Shown here: one piece after another, positions 22,533-27,601 of the stretch
Position numbering within the stretch: the stretch's first letter is position 1
How the letters are laid out: each line of letters starts with the position of its first letter
From: Candidatus Aenigmatarchaeota archaeon
GTDB lineage: Archaea > Aenigmatarchaeota > Aenigmatarchaeia > JACPZZ01
Assembly (NCBI GenBank): GCA_043801595.1
Contig: JAZDLW010000004.1
Coordinates: 1-27,601 of the forward strand
Direction: 5' to 3'
Length of the DNA: 27,601 nt
Notes under the pieces: generated by a model
The model's input: the letters and a program-made list of their open reading frames with translations, nothing else
Database searches by the model: none
What the model was told of the DNA's origin: nothing
Position numbers and translations under genes: made by a program

Positions 22533-23624
22533 TTACAAACATTCCACTGTGCGCTCCGACACTCCATTCCTTGTTCCTATTTCTACGGTGTACTTGCCCT
22601 TACTTGATACGGAATAGCCTTTGATTATTGTTATACCCTGCAACGATCCGATTGTAAAGTTTCCCGAATTTGTTTTGTTCAATTGCGTTATCTCATCAGG
22701 CTGCAATACGCGATCCCAAATCATAACCTCATCAATAATTCCTTTAAAATTCCCGTCGCCGCCTGGGCAAAAAACCGAAGGATTGTTAATCATCAGATTA
22801 TTCGCGTTCGACATAAGTGGTAATGCTGTCACTGCCTTGGTATCTTTTAACACCCCGTTCTGATAGGCACGTTTAACCCCTGTGGTTGAATCGTACGTCA
22901 ACACCAGATATGTCCACGTCCCTATAGGAATCGAGATTCCGTTCGGCCACCATCGATCAGGACTCGCGGTTCCTGTGTCCCACGCTATATTTCTACCTTC
23001 TTCTAGGACTATGTCATAGCCTGTGAACGTCCCGGCAGTCGATCCTTTGTGTAATAAACTTCTCCAATTATTGCCGGCATCACAGTTAGGATCCGAAGCA
23101 AGATACAACCACAATCCTACGGTTATGCTTGCCGGATCCAAACTCGGCAAATCATACGCAAGCACATAATCATCAACACCGTCAAACAACAACGCATTCC
23201 CGAACCTTCCTTGTGTTGGCCCGCTCGTCGCATCACCAATCAGATTCATATTCTTCAGCGTACCCATGTTTCCGTAACCTGAAGAATCGTTTGTCGCTGC
23301 GCTCCCTGACGACTGCTCGAAACGCCAATAGCCTACTAAACCGGACCTGTCAAAATTTCCAAAGAACAACGAGTTCTTCGCGTTAACGCCGTTAATGTCT
23401 ACAAAGATCATGTCATCATCCGTTAAATTAGCTGTGGAACCAGAATTTATTATCGTCGCATATATTTTGTTATTCTGGCAGTACACGCCACCGACTGGTA
23501 TTATTACAACCTTCTCTGTGTTTGATGTAACTATGCCGGAAAACCACACATACGCTATCCCGACAATTCCTACCGTAATAAGCATCAGCATTATCAGCGA
23601 AATCACGGGTGTTATAGCTTTCAT
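22533..23624 (-). CDS. Archaeal type IV pilin-like protein with internal LamG/ConA-like lectin domain
   Basis: Class III signal peptide MKA^ITPVISLIMLMLITVGIVGIAYVW; LamG-type motifs GLVGYWRFE, GNALLFDGVDDYV, WTYLVLTYD, FKGIIDEVMIWDRVL. Confidence 0.88.
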   Translation of the reverse strand: MKAITPVISLIMLMLITVGIVGIAYVWFSGIVTSNTEKVVIIPVGGVYCQNNKIYATIINSGSTANLTDDDMIFVDINGVNAKNSLFFGNFDRSGLVGYWRFEQSSGSAATNDSSGYGNMGTLKNMNLIGDATSGPTQGRFGNALLFDGVDDYVLAYDLPSLDPASITVGLWLYLASDPNCDAGNNWRSLLHKGSTAGTFTGYDIVLEEGRNIAWDTGTASPDRWWPNGISIPIGTWTYLVLTYDSTTGVKRAYQNGVLKDTKAVTALPLMSNANNLMINNPSVFCPGGDGNFKGIIDEVMIWDRVLQPDEITQLNKTNSGNFTIGSLQGITIIKGYSVSSKGKYTVEIGTRNGVSERTVECL

Positions 23625-23697
23625 ATATAGAATTGTAATTCACTGATTATAATCTCTTCCCACGCTCACGTACCTTGATTCATAGAAAAATTATCGA

Positions 23698-24225
23698 TCA
23701 GATAAAGTCCTTGATCTTGTGTTTTATTTCCTCGTGGTACAGCCATGCAAGCAATATCAACGCGTCGAGAGCCTGCGGAAAATCTGAAATTCCAAAACCT
23801 GATAATAAATGGATTTTAAACTGCACTGCCGAAATCGGCCAAAAGAACATGATTCCCGCCAGATTTCCGCCTCCTAGCAGGTAATCAAGGAATATGTGAA
23901 ATAAAACACCGAAACTTATCACGAAAAAATACGCGCTTTCCTTGTGTTTTTTCCTATTCAGCAAAAAGATTGCCGGAATCAAAAAAATAAGGCCAAAAAA
24001 CGGCGTGTGCGTTAATCCGCCATGCTGCAATAACAAAGACGCCGAAGTTGAAAAGAAAATATTGAACAGCCAGCTCAATGGTATGTCGATATCGGGAAGA
24101 AGCCCCGCAATACCCGCAACAAAAATCGTGTTAAGCGTAAAATATTTACGGTGTTTGGTTACATAGTCCCTGTAAAGGTCGGCTAAGATGACCGTTAATA
24201 ATACATGAGTAACCGAGTTTGGCAT
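23698..24225 (-). CDS. Membrane-bound metal-dependent hydrolase (YdjM family)
   Basis: TH, GLLPDIDI, HGGLTHT, HIFLDYL, GIMFFWP motifs; several TM helices. Confidence 0.88.
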   Translation of the reverse strand: MPNSVTHVLLTVILADLYRDYVTKHRKYFTLNTIFVAGIAGLLPDIDIPLSWLFNIFFSTSASLLLQHGGLTHTPFFGLIFLIPAIFLLNRKKHKESAYFFVISFGVLFHIFLDYLLGGGNLAGIMFFWPISAVQFKIHLLSGFGISDFPQALDALILLAWLYHEEIKHKIKDFI

Positions 24226-24317
24226 ATGAACACTATTGATTTTAACATGTTATATTAATTCTGGCGTACGCAAAAACAATTGCTGGCATGCATTGTGTCA
24301 CAAAAAAGCCGGTTTGT

Positions 24318-27300
24318 TTACAACACTTTTCTGTAAACCATCAGAGCCGCCATTGTGAATAACAGCATTATCCCTGCAAAACCGATGCTCGGAACCGAAC
24401 CGATTGCAACGGAAACGTTTATTCTGGAAAGGGCGGAATCGCCCGGTTTCGCAGGATCTACATTTTTCACCAGGATATTCCGGATTATCTGCTGGTCTGT
24501 TATTTCGAGCGATGTAAGCCTTACGCTGACTTTCTTTTCTTCGCCGTTGCTCAACGTAACCTGCGAAGGCGACATTACTATGGAAATCCACGGACCAAGG
24601 TTCAATACCGATATTGAATACGTCCTCGCAGAATCGTCCCTGTTTTTCAGCAATAAATCGAATGACTGCGTTTCTCCCAATGAAAGTATCGCAAGCATGC
24701 TGGTTGGTGTCAACTTTATGCATTTGGTGCCATCGCATCCGAGCACATTAAACGATCCCGAATCCGACGTGGTTTGATATCCATTTTTATAGCATGAAAC
24801 CGTGTAAGCGTACGATCCGGAAATTATCGGCGCCTCAAACGAATACGTGTAATAACCGTTGTTTAGATCCTGCAGCACCGCTCCCACAATGCCCCTTGAG
24901 GGATCGTTGAACGTGCTGGAAGAAATCCAGCATTTCCCGCCGGTTATTGCGCTGCCGCCCACGGTCCTGTAATTAGCGGTTATATTCAGCGTATCCGCCT
25001 TGTCAACCGGCGACGGCACAACCGTACTTGAGACTGTTGACGCCAATGATACAAGAATATCAACGCCGTTGCCCTGATTTCCTGCGTTATCTGTGCAGCG
25101 TGCGCGCATGAAAACAATTGACGGTGTTGCTATGACATACTGTCCAGTCCACGTTCCGTCTGTTGTTGTTCCAGAAGTAAGCGCCATATCATCGATCTTT
25201 ATGCCGTTTGCCAAAAGATCGCACGATGCTATTGTCTTTCCCGATTGCGCTTTAACTGTAGCGGAATAATCCTGCGAAACGCCAAGCGTAGCAACTGTAG
25301 GCGTTATTGTCGAAATGTCCGGCGCGTTTTCATCTATCACCCATTGGCCGGAATTGCCGTAACCGGACCAAGGATCAACATGATCGTCGGCTTTCGCTTT
25401 TACATACAGCACATCGCCGTTTTTCAGAATTGAAGTGGTGAGTTCGCTCACGCTGATTGTACAAGCAACTGTGACGCCTTCGCCGCCGTCGCAGTTCTTG
25501 GTAACAATCCCGCCCGGCACAACTACTCCATTCAAATACAGATTCCATTCTATTTTTGCAACACCGGATTTCGCATCCATTGTATTCAGGGTGAAAACCG
25601 GATTTTTGGAGGACGTGTGCGGCGACGATCCTGCCGGCGGGTTGAACGAAATCAAATTCGGCGCTATTGCGTCGCAAATTTTGACCAATGGTGTAACGGT
25701 TTCGGAAACAGTACCCAGAACATTCAACGCCTTCATCTTTATTGTTCTGACATCACCATCATTGCACGTAAGCGTGCCTGTCGTGCAAATTTTATTCGGA
25801 GAATCGTACGTTGCCGAATTCCATGTGCTGCCGTCAATCGTATAAGAACACGAAGATATGCCTGTAGGATCAGTCAACGAACCTGTGTATATTTTATAGT
25901 TGGCCGATATGTATTTTCCGAACATCCTTTCAACATAAACATCATTTATTCCTGCAGGACCACCTGTGTGAACGGTTATGCCGTCCGACGAGCCCGGATC
26001 ACTGAACAATCCCGCATTGTTCTTTGCCCGCACATTGATGTAATACTTGACACTGTCCAATAAATTCAGACCTGTCACTGTCGTGAAAAGTACGGTACCG
26101 ACGCTTGTATACGACTTTACGTCTGTGCCTCCTGCTGTTGTGCCAACGGAAATTTGATACTCTGATATTCCGGATTCAGGATCTGAGGACGCCGACCATG
26201 ATGCAAACAAACTGTTTGTTGTTGCTGTCCAAACTCCGCTGTCAGATACAGTGGGTGTGGTGGGCTTCGATGCATCTATTTTGATTGTTTGACTTTTCCA
26301 ACTTTCAGTATTTCCTGCAGAGTCAGTCGACTTGTAAAACAATGTGGATGTTCCCCACAATGACACTCCCGATAACGGATTATACGATTGTGGTGGCATG
26401 AATGAACATCCCATCGATATACACACAATTGTATAATATAGTGTAGACGTGCACGATGATGTTACATCGCTGCATGTCAAATGCAATATTGTAGGAACAG
26501 TCGTGAACCACGTCGGTATAGTTTCGACTATCGACGTTGTCGGTGCAACTGTATCCGCCCAATAGTTGTATGTTTGCGTAACGCCCCTGTTGCCCGCATT
26601 ATCCTTTGATGTGAATTTTATTTGATGCTGGCCATCTGTAAACGTCGCCGAATAATAATTCGTAGTCACGTCAAATAGCGCATTGGAATCTATCTGCACT
26701 TCGTATGTAACACCGCACGCCGAAGTTACCGGTGTCCATTCAAAATAAGGCGTATTGTCATTTTGCCACGTTGACTGCAACAATGTTTTCGTCTTGGATG
26801 ACGAATCGTAAATATTCATTCCGGAAACGTCCGCAATGCTGCTGCAGATCGTTACAGAGTCCGAAGAACTTCCGGTAACACCCGGATTGCCGTTCAGGTT
26901 TTCGCAGCTGAACGCAACAGTCTTCGAACCGTCGCTGGCATAGCTGTGCGTGTTCAAGGAGGTGAACTTATTATTGCAGTTTGTGCCCAAAGTCGCATCG
27001 CAGGGTTGTGTTGTAGTCGAACTGTCACCCCAGTTCAATGTGCATGAACGCAGCCCGTACGTGTTGTCAACGCCTGATAACGTGGACGTGATAACGTCGG
27101 ACGGCTTTGCATAATGTTTGTCAAGTAATACGGAAACTACAGGTATTACTGTATCCTTGCACGAATCAAAATGTTTCGGAATCGTAGGCGTAACACAATA
27201 TTGCCCGTTTATGCATGTGTAGTATGCAGTTATTGTTTTTTGCTGGCATGCACTAGGAACGGTTTGTATTGTCGATGACTGACGCAGCTGCCATGTTCCT

Positions 27301-27601
27301 GTACAGGTTTGCTGCGATGCTAAAGGCGTCGGGTTCGAACACGATATTGATATGCCCGTCATCTGGCCGCCTGAACCCTGAACATTGCAAAGATTGTCGG
27401 AAGATTTCGCATCAACCTGAACCGTGAAAGGCTCGCTCAATGTTCCTTTAGGACAATTCAAACCTGTGTACTTTGCTGTCACGGTTATTCCGTCGCCTGC
27501 GCCGCATGCTGTTCCTGCAGAAGTGCATTGGTTAATGTTTTTTGTGCACGCCGTTGGCGCAATGGAAACTGAATCCAATGTGCACGATGAAACTTGATAC
27601 G
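24318..27601 (-). CDS. Large Cys/Thr/Ser-rich cell-surface protein with Ig-like/PKD/FN3-type domains and C-terminal membrane anchor (5'-truncated)
   Basis: Frame stays open to the window edge (YQVSSCT precede the track start); LNWGD..HSY, DNAGN and DPESGISEY motifs; C-terminal VPSIG + TM + YRK. Confidence 0.85.
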   Translation of the reverse strand, partial: YQVSSCTLDSVSIAPTACTKNINQCTSAGTACGAGDGITVTAKYTGLNCPKGTLSEPFTVQVDAKSSDNLCNVQGSGGQMTGISISCSNPTPLASQQTCTGTWQLRQSSTIQTVPSACQQKTITAYYTCINGQYCVTPTIPKHFDSCKDTVIPVVSVLLDKHYAKPSDVITSTLSGVDNTYGLRSCTLNWGDSSTTTQPCDATLGTNCNNKFTSLNTHSYASDGSKTVAFSCENLNGNPGVTGSSSDSVTICSSIADVSGMNIYDSSSKTKTLLQSTWQNDNTPYFEWTPVTSACGVTYEVQIDSNALFDVTTNYYSATFTDGQHQIKFTSKDNAGNRGVTQTYNYWADTVAPTTSIVETIPTWFTTVPTILHLTCSDVTSSCTSTLYYTIVCISMGCSFMPPQSYNPLSGVSLWGTSTLFYKSTDSAGNTESWKSQTIKIDASKPTTPTVSDSGVWTATTNSLFASWSASSDPESGISEYQISVGTTAGGTDVKSYTSVGTVLFTTVTGLNLLDSVKYYINVRAKNNAGLFSDPGSSDGITVHTGGPAGINDVYVERMFGKYISANYKIYTGSLTDPTGISSCSYTIDGSTWNSATYDSPNKICTTGTLTCNDGDVRTIKMKALNVLGTVSETVTPLVKICDAIAPNLISFNPPAGSSPHTSSKNPVFTLNTMDAKSGVAKIEWNLYLNGVVVPGGIVTKNCDGGEGVTVACTISVSELTTSILKNGDVLYVKAKADDHVDPWSGYGNSGQWVIDENAPDISTITPTVATLGVSQDYSATVKAQSGKTIASCDLLANGIKIDDMALTSGTTTDGTWTGQYVIATPSIVFMRARCTDNAGNQGNGVDILVSLASTVSSTVVPSPVDKADTLNITANYRTVGGSAITGGKCWISSSTFNDPSRGIVGAVLQDLNNGYYTYSFEAPIISGSYAYTVSCYKNGYQTTSDSGSFNVLGCDGTKCIKLTPTSMLAILSLGETQSFDLLLKNRDDSARTYSISVLNLGPWISIVMSPSQVTLSNGEEKKVSVRLTSLEITDQQIIRNILVKNVDPAKPGDSALSRINVSVAIGSVPSIGFAGIMLLFTMAALMVYRKVL

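Noticed and set aside
1464..26562. Numerous 60-240 aa ORFs antisense to or nested in long genes (e.g. 1464-2081, 5896-6627, 10031-10642, 16920-17525)
   Set aside because: Shadow ORFs of well-supported genes; no motifs or independent signals.

Overview
Archaeal chromosome segment, almost all on the minus strand. Gene content and style suggest a DPANN lineage, possibly Aenigmatarchaeota (inference). The core is the conserved transcription/translation cluster: 5S rRNA, tRNA-Asp, tRNA-Lys, rpoH, rpoB'', rpoB', rpoA', rpoA'', rpl30e, nusA, rps12, rps7, a SemiSWEET insertion, EF-2, an orphan, EF-1alpha, an orphan where rps10 usually lies, and tRNA-Ser. Left of it are DUF59, HAD, dinB, NUDIX-like, secreted, oxidoreductase, DEAD-box helicase and SdpI genes. 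Right of it are a LamG-containing pilin, a membrane hydrolase and a large, 5'-truncated surface protein. The most interesting signals are non-coding or below the ORF cutoff. (1) All three tRNAs carry long introns at 37/38 (103, 190 and 100 nt) filled with tandem short hairpins. (2) The tRNA-Lys(UUU) intron contains a K-turn and box D with a guide that, by the D+5 rule, points at its own wobble U34. (3) A 103-nt element of similar architecture separates rpoH from an SD-ATG, and a relaxed bulge-helix-bulge (BHB) cut would splice it in frame, making it a candidate mRNA intron. (4) An unannotated 26-30 aa CCHC zinc-knuckle microprotein lies just upstream of the DEAD-box helicase. (5) uS12 and EF-2 have substitutions at near-invariant motifs. 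All RNA structures were folded by eye; no searches or computations were run.
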